A stretch of 37,804 nt of DNA from a virus (lineage: Duplodnaviria; Heunggongvirae; Uroviricota; Caudoviricetes). Location: IMG/VR virus record IMGVR_UViG_2565956716_000007, one strand, 5' to 3'. A program made the position numbers and the translations under genes. The notes beneath the pieces are model-generated. The model searched no databases, was not told where the DNA came from, and worked only from the letters and a program-made list of their open reading frames with translations. Below, piece by piece: positions 28,045-37,760 of this stretch (positions within the stretch are counted from its first letter, which is position 1; the number at the start of each line of letters is the position of its first letter).

Positions 28045-28898
28045 GCACGTACTCCGTACACGGCAGAACTGTCCACGCCACGCGAATAATCAAATCCCAC
28101 CCAGCAGCGCGGCCCGGAAACAGCAATGATTTCTGTTGCTGATTTACCCTCGCCAGCTGCCACACCGATGTTGCGTTTTGCCTTGATGTAGTGGTGAGTA
28201 AAATTGCGATACAGCGAACGGATCAGGGATGTGTCACTGTTAGAAACAATGACCGGATGTCCTTCTGATGACCGATGTTCAAGAACGGATGCCAGGTGAT
28301 ACTGGTCATCTTCAGTGAAGCCGTCAGTGTGATAACCGGAAAACGTGCCGTCATACGGCGGATCGCAATACACCACATCCCCCGCCTTCAACATCGCCAG
28401 CGTTTCATCAAAGCTGGCGCAGATAAACGTTGCCCGCTGGGCTTTTTCTGCAAATGCGCGAATTTCTTTTTCAGGGAAATACGGATTTTTATAATTACCG
28501 TAGGGAATGTTGAAATGCCCGCTCTTGTTATAGCGACATAAACCACGGTAACCGTGACGATTGAGATACAGGAAATATACCGCTTTCATGAAATCAGTAA
28601 TTTCAGTGGAGTAATTAAACTCCTGCCTTATGTTGTAATAAGCCACCTCCCTGTTTGCGATCTCAAATAAAACTCTGGCGCGAGATATAAACGATTCACA
28701 ATCAGCGGCAACCTTTTTATAGAGGTTGATTAAATCAGGATTAATATCCGCAACCAGATAGCTGGGGTAATCCGTCTCCATCATCACAGCACAGGAACCC
28801 GCGAAAGGTTCAACCAGTCGCGGGCCAGCAGGAAGGTGTTTTTTCAGTTCGGACATAATGGCGGTTTTATTTCCCGCCCATTTCAGGATGGTGCTCAT
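28041..28898 (-). CDS. dam: DNA adenine methyltransferase (Dam-like)
   Basis: N-terminal LKWAGNK and catalytic DPPY motif ([10 protein letters not shown]); GGAGG RBS; start taken at the internal Met. Confidence 0.85.
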   Translation of the reverse strand: MSTILKWAGNKTAIMSELKKHLPAGPRLVEPFAGSCAVMMETDYPSYLVADINPDLINLYKKVAADCESFISRARVLFEIANREVAYYNIRQEFNYSTEITDFMKAVYFLYLNRHGYRGLCRYNKSGHFNIPYGNYKNPYFPEKEIRAFAEKAQRATFICASFDETLAMLKAGDVVYCDPPYDGTFSGYHTDGFTEDDQYHLASVLEHRSSEGHPVIVSNSDTSLIRSLYRNFTHHYIKAKRNIGVAAGEGKSATEIIAVSGPRCWVGFDYSRGVDSSAVYGVRA

Positions 28899-29122
28899 AC
28901 AGCACCTCCGTTGTAATGTTTGCCTTTCAGCTCTGCGATTTCCTGACAGGTAATGCAAAGCTGCACACCTGGAATGGCGCGGCGGCGTGCTGGCGGAATT
29001 GGCGCTTCACACTCAATGCAAAGCACGCGGGACACGCCCGGCGTTTTGGCACGGGCAGCACGGATATGGCGCTGGCGTTCTTCTTCAACGCGCTGCTGTA
29101 CAAGATCCATTGCATCAGCCAT
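28895..29122 (-). CDS. TraR/DksA-family C4 zinc-finger protein
   Basis: 75-aa ORF with CIECEAPIPPARRRAIPGVQLCITC. Confidence 0.7.
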   Translation of the reverse strand: MADAMDLVQQRVEEERQRHIRAARAKTPGVSRVLCIECEAPIPPARRRAIPGVQLCITCQEIAELKGKHYNGGAV

Positions 29123-29361
29123 TAGTGGATCTCCTGCGCTTCGTTCTGGATTGCTTCAGCAGTTACACGCAGTAGTTCTGCTGCTTCGACGTGGTTTAGC
29201 TGGCGGGATGTGATATGACACGCCAGGCTATCAAGGCGAGCTGCCATTGCTTCAGCCCTTGCCCGGCGTTCTTCCAGACGAGCCTCTGTCAGTAAAATAT
29301 TAAGCCCTGCATCATCCGGTCCGGTTTTAGTCGTGAGGGTTTCAATATTACGCATAATCAA
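29122..29361 (-). CDS. hypothetical early protein
   Basis: 79-aa ORF translationally coupled to the downstream gene. Confidence 0.45.
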   Translation of the reverse strand: MIMRNIETLTTKTGPDDAGLNILLTEARLEERRARAEAMAARLDSLACHITSRQLNHVEAAELLRVTAEAIQNEAQEIH

Positions 29362-29422
29362 TTCTCCTGAATTTAGATAAAGGGATACCCGGCGGGTTTA
29401 CGCCATTAATTTCATTAGTTGG

Positions 29423-29764
29423 TTAATTCGGCATGGTTAGCCGTCTGGGAAATAAGCTCACCACTGCACGAAAATGATTCATTGCTTTAATCAACTCCCG
29501 CTTTTCGTCAGTGGTCAGCTCATTAATGCTGATGCTATGACGTTCAGCTGGAATTTTTGCCATAAAGAATATAGCAGCCAGTGCCCGTTTATTTTGTTCG
29601 TTATTGATATCCCGTGGATCACGCATATCTTTAATAAACCGCTCAAGCTCTGACTCAATATTCAGGCCAAATACTTTCGCCCTTAACTCCGCAATATGGT
29701 TAAGTCCATTCAGGCGTTCACCGGGGCTTAATGGAACAGTCGCCGCAGCGCCTTCAATAGCCAT
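29423..29764 (-). CDS. hypothetical early protein
   Basis: 113-aa ORF in the early operon; true start uncertain. Confidence 0.4.
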   Translation of the reverse strand: MAIEGAAATVPLSPGERLNGLNHIAELRAKVFGLNIESELERFIKDMRDPRDINNEQNKRALAAIFFMAKIPAERHSISINELTTDEKRELIKAMNHFRAVVSLFPRRLTMPN

Positions 29765-29958
29765 TTGTTCCCCCGTTTTTTCGTAGATAGTTCTGCCAGC
29801 AATTCATCTTGTGAACGGCACGGATGCCAGCGTTTACCATCCTCCCCCATGATCCAGCCGTGACCGTAGTGCATTGCCGGGCTTTGTTTTACCAGCAGCG
29901 ATGCAAATGATGGTTCTTTCGTCAGCATAAGCACCTCACAGCAAACCGAATGACGCAC
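29728..29958 (-). CDS. hypothetical early protein
   Basis: 76-aa ORF overlapping the cII 3' end; true start uncertain. Confidence 0.35.
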   Translation of the reverse strand: MRHSVCCEVLMLTKEPSFASLLVKQSPAMHYGHGWIMGEDGKRWHPCRSQDELLAELSTKKRGNKWLLKALRRLFH

Positions 29959-30445
29959 CGAGGCCAGTTACAGTATCAACTGCACTTGCCATCGCAGGAT
30001 TAGCCTGTAAACGGGCCTGCAATGAAACAGCCGCCAGCGCCATCAGTCGTGTTACAGAGTTAATGCTGCTGATAGCATCACGACGACCTGCACTGGTTTT
30101 TACATCGCCAGATACCGCACCTGCAGCAACACGCCCGATCTCTGCAGTTGCACTCATGACGTAATGCGGCAGTTTCTCTTTTGCCACCTCATTAATCGGA
30201 ACACATGGCAGACAATGAATCTGTGCCAGAAAACCGTCTACCAACGTTGAATCTTCAGTCAGATCGGTAAGCAACCAGATTTCTGGTGCGGTGAGCTGAT
30301 GCGGTTGATCTGGATTGAGTTTGTTTCGCAGTGTCTGAACATTCATTCCTGCACGTTCTGCCAGCTTTGCCATATTGTGACGTAGTGCAAAAGCTCTACA
30401 GGCTTCATCAAAATGCGGATGTTTGGAAATCTTGTAATCAAACAT
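29936..30445 (-). CDS. cII: CII-like lysogeny establishment regulator
   Basis: 169 aa, the length of 186 CII; N-terminal HTH region; directly downstream of apl. Confidence 0.7.
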   Translation of the reverse strand: MFDYKISKHPHFDEACRAFALRHNMAKLAERAGMNVQTLRNKLNPDQPHQLTAPEIWLLTDLTEDSTLVDGFLAQIHCLPCVPINEVAKEKLPHYVMSATAEIGRVAAGAVSGDVKTSAGRRDAISSINSVTRLMALAAVSLQARLQANPAMASAVDTVTGLGASFGLL

Positions 30446-30477
30446 GCTGCCCCCTTAGAAAGTTCTCATAATTGAAC

Positions 30478-30726
30478 TTAGTCACCAACGATGACATTAA
30501 AGTTGAAATTGGATTGGCCCATGTTTTTCCTGACTTGTTCCTTTTTGTACTCAAGGTAACGTATACATACTCTGTCTTTCGGTTTTTCTTTTCTTTCCAA
30601 GAATTTAGCGAGTTTACCATTATGAATCATTTGATATACCGAACCGCGAGAGCGGCCTTCCCATTCCGCGAACTCAGCTGGTGTCGCCATCACTTTTGGT
30701 ACACGAATTGAAATGTCGTTGCTCAT
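30478..30726 (-). CDS. apl: Apl/Cox-like excisionase and lytic regulator
   Basis: 82-aa HTH protein, first gene of the lytic operon, divergent from cI. Confidence 0.7.
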   Translation of the reverse strand: MSNDISIRVPKVMATPAEFAEWEGRSRGSVYQMIHNGKLAKFLERKEKPKDRVCIRYLEYKKEQVRKNMGQSNFNFNVIVGD

Positions 30727-30785
30727 AGTGCAGTATCTCTCGATTAAGGTTTGGTTTACGTCGTTTTATCTTGTTTTATTTGATT

Positions 30786-30828
30786 CAATATTTGATACAC
30801 CAAGATACTACGATCCAATATTTGATAC
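30786..30828. promoter_or_regulatory. operator-like direct repeats in the cI/apl switch region
   Basis: CAATATTTGATAC occurs twice, 30 bp apart (30786..30798 and 30816..30828), between the divergent apl and cI genes. Confidence 0.4.
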
Positions 30829-30845
30829 GTCAACAGGGTTAAAAA

Positions 30846-31478
30846 ATGATACAAGTAAAAGCTGGCGAGAATACAGGGGGAAGAGAGGCTATCCATAGGC
30901 TAATGGCAGCCTATGATTTCAAGTCCAGACAGCAACTTTGCGATCACTTGGGCGCATCAAAAAGCACTATGGCAAACAGATACTTAAGAGATAGTTTTCC
31001 TGCAGAATGGGTGATTCAGTGCGCTTTGGAAACAGGAGTTTCTTTACTGTGGCTAACTACCGGACAGGGCGATCCAGGTTCAAACATTGACCCTAAAAAA
31101 AATATCAATTCCGTGAACTCTAGCAAAGTTAAACCTCTTTCGGAGCTTGTATCTCCTGAAATTGACAAGGCAACTCTCAACGGAGGTTTGCTGATCGATG
31201 CTGGAAAAGCAATCATTGATAGCAGCATACTCCCCTCAGACTCAAGCAACCTGCTGCTGGTGACTACTTCTGGTGATTCTTATTTAATAGATCGCAACCA
31301 AACACCACCAGTAAATGGTACGTGGTTAGTGGACATCGACGGGATAAAAAGCATTGTAAAATTGACACGACTCCCGGGAAACAGATTAGTAGTGCATCAG
31401 GATGATTCATCGTTTGAGTGCGAACTGGATGACATTGAGGTAATAGGCCGCGCACTGAAAATCATTAAGAGCCTTTGA
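30846..31478 (+). CDS. cI: CI-like immunity repressor
   Basis: 210-aa ORF divergent from apl and followed by int (186 layout); true start may be an internal Met. Confidence 0.7.
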   Translation: MIQVKAGENTGGREAIHRLMAAYDFKSRQQLCDHLGASKSTMANRYLRDSFPAEWVIQCALETGVSLLWLTTGQGDPGSNIDPKKNINSVNSSKVKPLSELVSPEIDKATLNGGLLIDAGKAIIDSSILPSDSSNLLLVTTSGDSYLIDRNQTPPVNGTWLVDIDGIKSIVKLTRLPGNRLVVHQDDSSFECELDDIEVIGRALKIIKSL

Positions 31479-31479
31479 T

Positions 31480-32493
31480 ATGACCATCAGAAAACAGCCG
31501 AACGGAAAGTGGTTATGTGAATGCTACCCAAACGGGCGAGATGGCAAACGCGTACGCAAACAATTTGCGACGAAAGGCGAAGCCATTGCGTTTGAGAATT
31601 TCACCATGGACGAGGTAAACAAGAAACCTTGGCTGGGAGAAAAGGAAGATCGGCGACACCTATCAGAATTAATTGAGCTGTGGTATTCCCTGTATGGTCA
31701 AACACTCGCAGACCCCAAGCGACTCATGGCGAAACTTGGAATTATCTGTAATGGTCTGGGCGATCCCATCGCTTCAGAGCTGACTGCCGGTGACTTTACG
31801 AAATACCGCGAAGCACGGCTAAAAGGTGAAGTGCGAAATGAAGATGGCACGCTGATGTCGCCCGTTAAGCCCCGCACGGTAAACCTTGAACAGCGCAATC
31901 TATCATCTGTGTTCGGTACATTAAAAAAACTAGGACACTGGTCAGCACCAAACCCGCTGGCAGGACTTCCGACCTTCAAAATTGCCGAAGGTGAGCTGGC
32001 TTTTCTTTCCACGGACGAAATCAAGCGCCTGTTGGCGGCATGTGCTGAATCTCAAAGCCCTAGCTTACTAATGATTGCAAAAATATGCCTGGCTACTGGC
32101 GCACGGTGGAGTGAAGCCGAAAATCTGCAGGGCCATCAAATATCGAAATACCGAATTACTTATACAAAAACAAAAGGCAAGAAAAACCGTACTGTGCCGA
32201 TATCTCAGGATCTGTATGATGAACTCCCCAAAAACAGAGGAAAGTTATTCACGCCATGCAGAAAAGCCTTTGAGCGGGCAGTAAAGCGGGCCGGTATTGA
32301 CCTACCGGAGGGCCAATGCACCCACGTGCTTCGCCATACATTCGCCAGTCACTTTATGATGAACGGCGGAAACATACTGGTACTGCGTGATATTTTGGGT
32401 CATGCCGATATAAAAATGACCATGATTTACGCCCACTTTTCGCCCGATCACCTTGAAGACGCGGTGACTAAAAATCCTCTTTATAATTTGTAG
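31480..32493 (+). CDS. int: tyrosine integrase (P2/186 Int family)
   Basis: 337-aa ORF with C-terminal catalytic region HVLRHTFASHF...LGHADIKMTMIYAH. Confidence 0.9.
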   Translation: MTIRKQPNGKWLCECYPNGRDGKRVRKQFATKGEAIAFENFTMDEVNKKPWLGEKEDRRHLSELIELWYSLYGQTLADPKRLMAKLGIICNGLGDPIASELTAGDFTKYREARLKGEVRNEDGTLMSPVKPRTVNLEQRNLSSVFGTLKKLGHWSAPNPLAGLPTFKIAEGELAFLSTDEIKRLLAACAESQSPSLLMIAKICLATGARWSEAENLQGHQISKYRITYTKTKGKKNRTVPISQDLYDELPKNRGKLFTPCRKAFERAVKRAGIDLPEGQCTHVLRHTFASHFMMNGGNILVLRDILGHADIKMTMIYAHFSPDHLEDAVTKNPLYNL

Positions 32494-32505
32494 TGGAGAC
32501 CTATT

Positions 32506-34026
32506 GTGATTCAAAAATTAGATATTCAATCTGATGCGGTTGCAAAGTTAAGAATGGATGCTATTCGTTCAGAAATCCAAGGTTATTCCCCTGATTTATT
32601 TATCGAATTCTGTATGCAATATAACTTACAAAAATTTGAAGATAATATCCACATGTTACGACACATGCCTTGGATTGTTAATTTATGTCTAAAGTGGTCT
32701 GCGTCAGTAACTGGCAAGAATAAAAAATTCAAAATCCTCGATAAAAATCAAGCAATAAAACTCTTCCAAAAAACTTATGAAACCTTGAACATTATTCCTA
32801 TCGGTCTTGAGAGGAAGAATGGCATGCATTTCTTCATTAGAAATAATCTATACCAACAAGGAATCTACCAGAAAATTGACGCTCTAAACACAATTAGCAG
32901 ACAAGTCTTTCTATTTTCAGAACTTGAAAAAAACCATAAAATAAAGACAAGTTTTTTTACTATCACGAATGTATCTATCGAAGACTTTCTTAAGCTATCT
33001 TACATATTAATAACTCACATAACAGAAGAGCATCCCGTGAGAAAAATGAATGTAGATACATTTACTATATTATTTGACATCATTCCTAGAAATACCATTG
33101 AGAAATTTCTTGATGCAATATCAATAAATTACAATGAACTATCTACATTTTGCAAATCAAAAACCTATGATAAACCTTTGCTTGAATACTACTCATCATC
33201 ACCTTTCCTTGAAAAACCATTAATAAAAAAAGGTTCAGAGTATTTTCAGATACACACACAACTGACTTCAACAAGCATACAGACGTTCATATATGATCTT
33301 TTAAGAAGAACTGATGCCGAGAAGTTCATGGATAGCTTTGGAAATGTATTTGAAAATGCACTGGAATTAATACTAAAAGAAAGCGAAATTGATTTTCATA
33401 ACGAAAAATACCTTAAAGAACGACTACCTAAAGATAATAAAGTAGTTGATTATTTCATTCCACATACTGAGGCAAATATTTTCATTGATGCTAAAGGCGT
33501 TGAGATACACCAAAAAGGCATGGTAACATTACGCCCTGAGGATATTGCAGGAAAAATAAAGAAATCGGTATTAAAAGCAATCGAACAATCTCACGAAGTT
33601 AATCGAGAAATATACTCTAATGAGCGAATAATAGCTCCATTCAGGGCTAACTCATATATCATTTGCATTACATATAAAAACCTTTTCTTAGGCAATGGTA
33701 GTATCCTAGCTAATACTTATGCTAAAGATGAGATGAATAAGATATATGACAAGTTTAAACATAACTATCATATCCCTACAGAGAATATTTTTTGTCTATC
33801 ATTTGAAGAGTTTGAATATCTCATTGCATCATGCAAAAGGTTTAAAATTCCGCCTCATGAAGTCTTGCAATCTGCAGTTGAAAAGAACAAAAAACCATCA
33901 AGTGCTGCTTTCCTATTTTCCCACCATATAGAAGACTATTTTGATAGAGTAGTCAATTCAGTCATAGTCAATGAGGCAGGCATTAAAATGGTAGATTCTA
34001 TTATCAATAAATTAAAGCCTGAATAA
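32506..34026 (+). CDS. hypothetical protein with PD-(D/E)xK-like nuclease motif (AT-rich cargo between int and att)
   Basis: 506-aa ORF with GTG start and GGAG 7 nt upstream; strongly AT-rich; FENALELIL...VVDYFIP...IFIDAKG resembles E / D / D-x-K nuclease motifs. Confidence 0.7.
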   Translation: MIQKLDIQSDAVAKLRMDAIRSEIQGYSPDLFIEFCMQYNLQKFEDNIHMLRHMPWIVNLCLKWSASVTGKNKKFKILDKNQAIKLFQKTYETLNIIPIGLERKNGMHFFIRNNLYQQGIYQKIDALNTISRQVFLFSELEKNHKIKTSFFTITNVSIEDFLKLSYILITHITEEHPVRKMNVDTFTILFDIIPRNTIEKFLDAISINYNELSTFCKSKTYDKPLLEYYSSSPFLEKPLIKKGSEYFQIHTQLTSTSIQTFIYDLLRRTDAEKFMDSFGNVFENALELILKESEIDFHNEKYLKERLPKDNKVVDYFIPHTEANIFIDAKGVEIHQKGMVTLRPEDIAGKIKKSVLKAIEQSHEVNREIYSNERIIAPFRANSYIICITYKNLFLGNGSILANTYAKDEMNKIYDKFKHNYHIPTENIFCLSFEEFEYLIASCKRFKIPPHEVLQSAVEKNKKPSSAAFLFSHHIEDYFDRVVNSVIVNEAGIKMVDSIINKLKPE

Positions 34027-34158
34027 GTCTCCCAAGCAAAACCAGTGGCGGCATTTTGGCGGCAGAGCATTAAAAATGCGTAAAACAGACAAACACAAAA
34101 TAATACTAACATACTGATTTTAAACATAAGTTCATGTTTTTGTTATAGTAAAAATGGT

Positions 34159-34203
34159 ATGTAGGAATTTCGGACGCGGGTTCAACTCCCGCCAGCTCCA
34201 CCA
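34159..34203 (+). repeat. 45-bp att core (ssrA 3' end), right copy
   Basis: Exact copy of 1016..1060; flanks diverge immediately on both sides. Confidence 0.75.
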
Positions 34204-34330
34204 ATCATGATTGGACGGTATAAGGACAACACCAATAAAAACAGGAAGTTAGCAGTCTCAGCAGGACACCGACCAGACGGTGAAGAGACATAAAAGGATA
34301 CGCAAAGGAGCCGCGGCTCCTGGTGACATG

Positions 34331-34355
34331 AAAGCCCACAGATGTGGGCTTTTTC
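34331..34355 (+). terminator. rho-independent terminator-like hairpin
   Basis: AGCCCACA-gat-GTGGGCT followed by TTTTT. Confidence 0.4.
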
Positions 34356-34363
34356 GTTGATGG

Positions 34364-37027
34364 TCAGAACGACCAGTTCACACCAGCTACCCCGTTCCAC
34401 GGGGATTCCACACCGGCACCATGGCTATACCCCACCCCAAGATGCCCGCTTAACGTACTGCTGAATGAGGCTTTAATACCTGCCTGGTATATTCCACGTC
34501 TGCCCGACAAATCATTGACGAAATTACCGTCACTATTCACTTTCACCCGGTTATCATCGACAAATTCTTTGCGCACAGCCGCCTTCAGCCACGGCTCAAC
34601 TTCCATACCGTTCCCCAGACGCATGTTGTAACTCAGCGTTGCACCCAGTTCACGATATAAACTGCGGGTATCGACTGATTTCGATTCCATGCCATTGGAT
34701 AAATGATATTCAGGGTTATCAGCGGTGAACCCCCGTTAACGATGCATACGGCGTCAGGTTCCAGTTACCATCGGTAAATCGCATCCCGGTTTCAATGTGA
34801 CCGCCCAGCCCGTTGCTGCGATAACTGCCGTTGGCGGCTCCACCGCTGCCAACCGTGGAGTCGCGAGCTTCGGTACCTGCTAATACCAATAAATTACCGC
34901 CATTTTCCAGCAACATATTGGTCGCTAAATTGCCGGAAATGGAAAAAGTGCCGTACTGGTGAGTACCGCTGATTTCAATACCGTTACCATAATTCTGAAC
35001 GGTTTGCGTGCCACCATTGATGTGTGTTTTCTCTGTTGACCCACCATCAACAATTTGTTCACCACTTTCGATATTTGCCTCAGTGGCTAATCCATATACC
35101 GTTTGCTTGCCACCTTTGATATTTGCTTTATCAGAAGTGGCACTGGCATATATTGTTTGGGTGCCAGCACTATTGAGTACAGTGCCAACATCTTTTCCAT
35201 AAACATCCATTTTGCCGTTGGCATTAATAATCGTATCAACTGCCCGGGAACCAGTGACGACTGTTAATGAGCCAGCGTTTTCCAGCACTACATTTTTAGC
35301 TTCTGAATTCCTGATGTAGAAAGCATCACCATAACTGTTGGTTCCTTCGATAAGGGTTCCGGAAGTTGTGGAAGCAATTAATGCGCCGCCGGATTGTTGC
35401 TCAACATGCTTAGCCTCACCACCGTCCTGAACCTCCAGAACGCCACCATTATTAAGTCTGGTGGTATCTGTTTTAGCCTCCTTCTGGACAATCAGCTTAC
35501 CGCCAGCATCAACGGTAGTATTTTTCGCCGAGGTTTTAGCCACTACCGTCAGTTCGCCGGTATTTTCCAGCACAACATAATTAGCCTCCCCTCCGGTAAT
35601 AGTGAAGTGAGAGAGCTTGTTGTATCCTTCAATATCAGTCCCTGCGCCCGTGTTGGCAACTAAAGCACTGCCCGTCTCCTGGTTAACCCCATGTGCAATA
35701 CCACCGGTATAGACAATCAGCGAGCCTCCGGCGCTAATATTGCTGCCAGTTGCCGTACCATCTTTCTCAACAACCTGCCGGCTCCCGGAGGATATAATTG
35801 TCGTGTCAGCTTTCCCGCCGCTCTTGATATTTTGCGTTCCGCCGTTGATATTGGTACCCGTGGCAATACCATGATTATTAATATTCTGTGTACCACCATT
35901 GATTATGGTATTGGTCGCGTTTCCGGTAACATCCATTACCCCGCCGTTATCTATTCGGGTCGCATCAGCTTTAGCATTCGTTAAAACTGACATTGTTCCT
36001 TTATCTTTAATAATCGTCTTGTTTGCCGAACCATATGCGTTTATGTCTAAATGACCACCGTTTTCCAGCAACACATTGTCTGCCACGTGATTGTGGATGG
36101 AGAATGCACCTTCACTATTCGTACCGCTCACCGTCGTACCGTTAGTGTTTGTTTTTAAAATTGCACCATCGTGCTGGGTAACATTTGTTGCCGTACCACC
36201 ACTAACATCAAGCACGCCACCGGAATAAACTTCAATAACATCCGAGGAGCTGGTGTAATCAACAATTTGCGTACCACCAGAATAGATCTGAGTATTTTTG
36301 CCGTTGACTTATTATTCAGAGACTGAGTTCCACCTTCAATCGTCGTGTCCAGCGCATGGCTTTCATATACTCTTTGCTCACCGCCATTTTTAATGGTGGT
36401 TGTTCCTACTGTGCTCTGTTCAACATACTGTCGTCCACCATTTATGATTGTGTTCGTTGCAATACTTCCTTGCGTGATGTCCTGATAACCGGACTTATTT
36501 ATCGTTGTACCATCAACATGCCCCTGAGTTGTTACTTTCTGCCCTCCACCATCAATGATGGTTCCATTCGCAGTCCCCCCACTTATGTGTGAATTACCAC
36601 CCTTAATTGTCGTTCCATTGCTGATACCACCTGTATAAACGTCCTGATTGCCACTGTCGATTATCGTACCGGTGGAAATGCCCCCGTCATGAATTGTCTG
36701 TCTTCCTCCGTTAATGGTTGTATTATTAGCCTGCCCCACAAAATTGTTATGACTTCCTACATCTTGATATCCACCCGATTCAATAAGACTTCCATTAGAT
36801 ACCCCGCCATGAACATTCTGCTGGCCATGGTTGATAATATGAGTGTTATTTGTTGTACCTCGTTCATCTACTCTTTGGCTGCCATCTACAGTCTCATCGT
36901 TTACCACACCAATAACATCAGGAGTGAAGGCCGTCATCCCAGGCGGGGCATATATCAAGGCAGATATCAATAAGGAAAGTACTGAGCGGCGACAATAATG
37001 GGGACTGGTCCTGTTCATAAATTTCAT
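34364..37027 (-). pseudogene. autotransporter adhesin, frameshifted
   Basis: Three consecutive same-strand ORFs in different frames: extended signal peptide and passenger repeats (36155..37027), passenger repeats (34719..36215), beta-barrel C-terminus ending NWSF (34364..34690). Confidence 0.7.
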
Positions 37028-37287
37028 CCTCTGAAAAGTGAATACTGAGTAGCGTTTAAGCGACCTTAGCTCTGCTGCAACATCAGCCCACAGGCACCAG
37101 ACCAGGGGATTCATCCTGAAGAGACAGCGCAAGTGTATTGTGTTCACCGCTCATCAAAGACATCATGATGAAATGATGATATTCCACATAAGAAAGAAGC
37201 ATTTTTTAAACGCAGTGCGCTGAAGTATGGTTGGATAAAAAAGTCAATCTATTCAGGGAATACGGGGGTATTCTTTTCTTTCGACAA

Positions 37288-37580
37288 TCAGGCCGTCGGC
37301 AAAATAAAATGATTTACATAATCGTTTCTGATGAATATCTTCTGCTCACATAAAAATAACACAATAACTTTGAGATCGCAGATTCTTTTACTTTTACAGC
37401 ATTCGTCCCCCCATTGTTGGGCAAATATAGATTGGGCCAGAGCACGAAAGTTAATACCACGTTTGCACAGCTCCTCCAACAGCACGACAAGATGCCACAT
37501 ACTGCGCCCCAGTCGGTTCGGTTTACAGACTACCCGTGCGTCCACCGCCGATAATGTCCTGAGCAGTTTTTTCAGTCCGG
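37288..37580 (-). pseudogene. serine recombinase (Pin-like invertase) fragment
   Basis: Encodes GLKKLLRTLS...RLGRSMWHLVVLLEELCKRGINFRAL, homologous to the middle of the prophage invertase; no catalytic N-terminus or C-terminal HTH. Confidence 0.55.
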
Positions 37581-37760
37581 ACCTCCTGCCACGGTTTTAC
37601 GTTGAAGAGGTAACCCTGAGCACGCAGTTCATCAGTCAGGCGTGGTGTACCGTAACCCTATTATTGATGGGTAAGATCAAAAAAACTTTCAGGCAGCTAA
37701 GGAAAGTTGAACCAGACATTAGAATAAATATTTCAACCAATTACAGCACCAATTCAGACA

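Larger units (their letters stand above)
1061..34203. mobile_element. P2/186-like (Peduovirus-type) prophage integrated at the ssrA 3' end
   Basis: Bounded by 45-bp direct repeats; contains a tyrosine integrase, 186-type switch, replication gene A and the full P2-ordered head, tail and lysis gene set. Confidence 0.9.
34204..37760. mobile_element. decayed genomic island remnant downstream of the prophage
   Basis: Contains only pseudogenes (autotransporter, recombinase fragment) and ends at a degenerate ssrA-3'-end copy. Confidence 0.4.

Noticed and set aside
34204-34330. Possible small gene or sRNA between the right att and the autotransporter remnant (includes 14-bp palindrome GGAGCCGCGGCTCC)
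   Set aside because: No ORF of meaningful length and no promoter-terminator pair defining a transcript; most likely island-remnant spacer.
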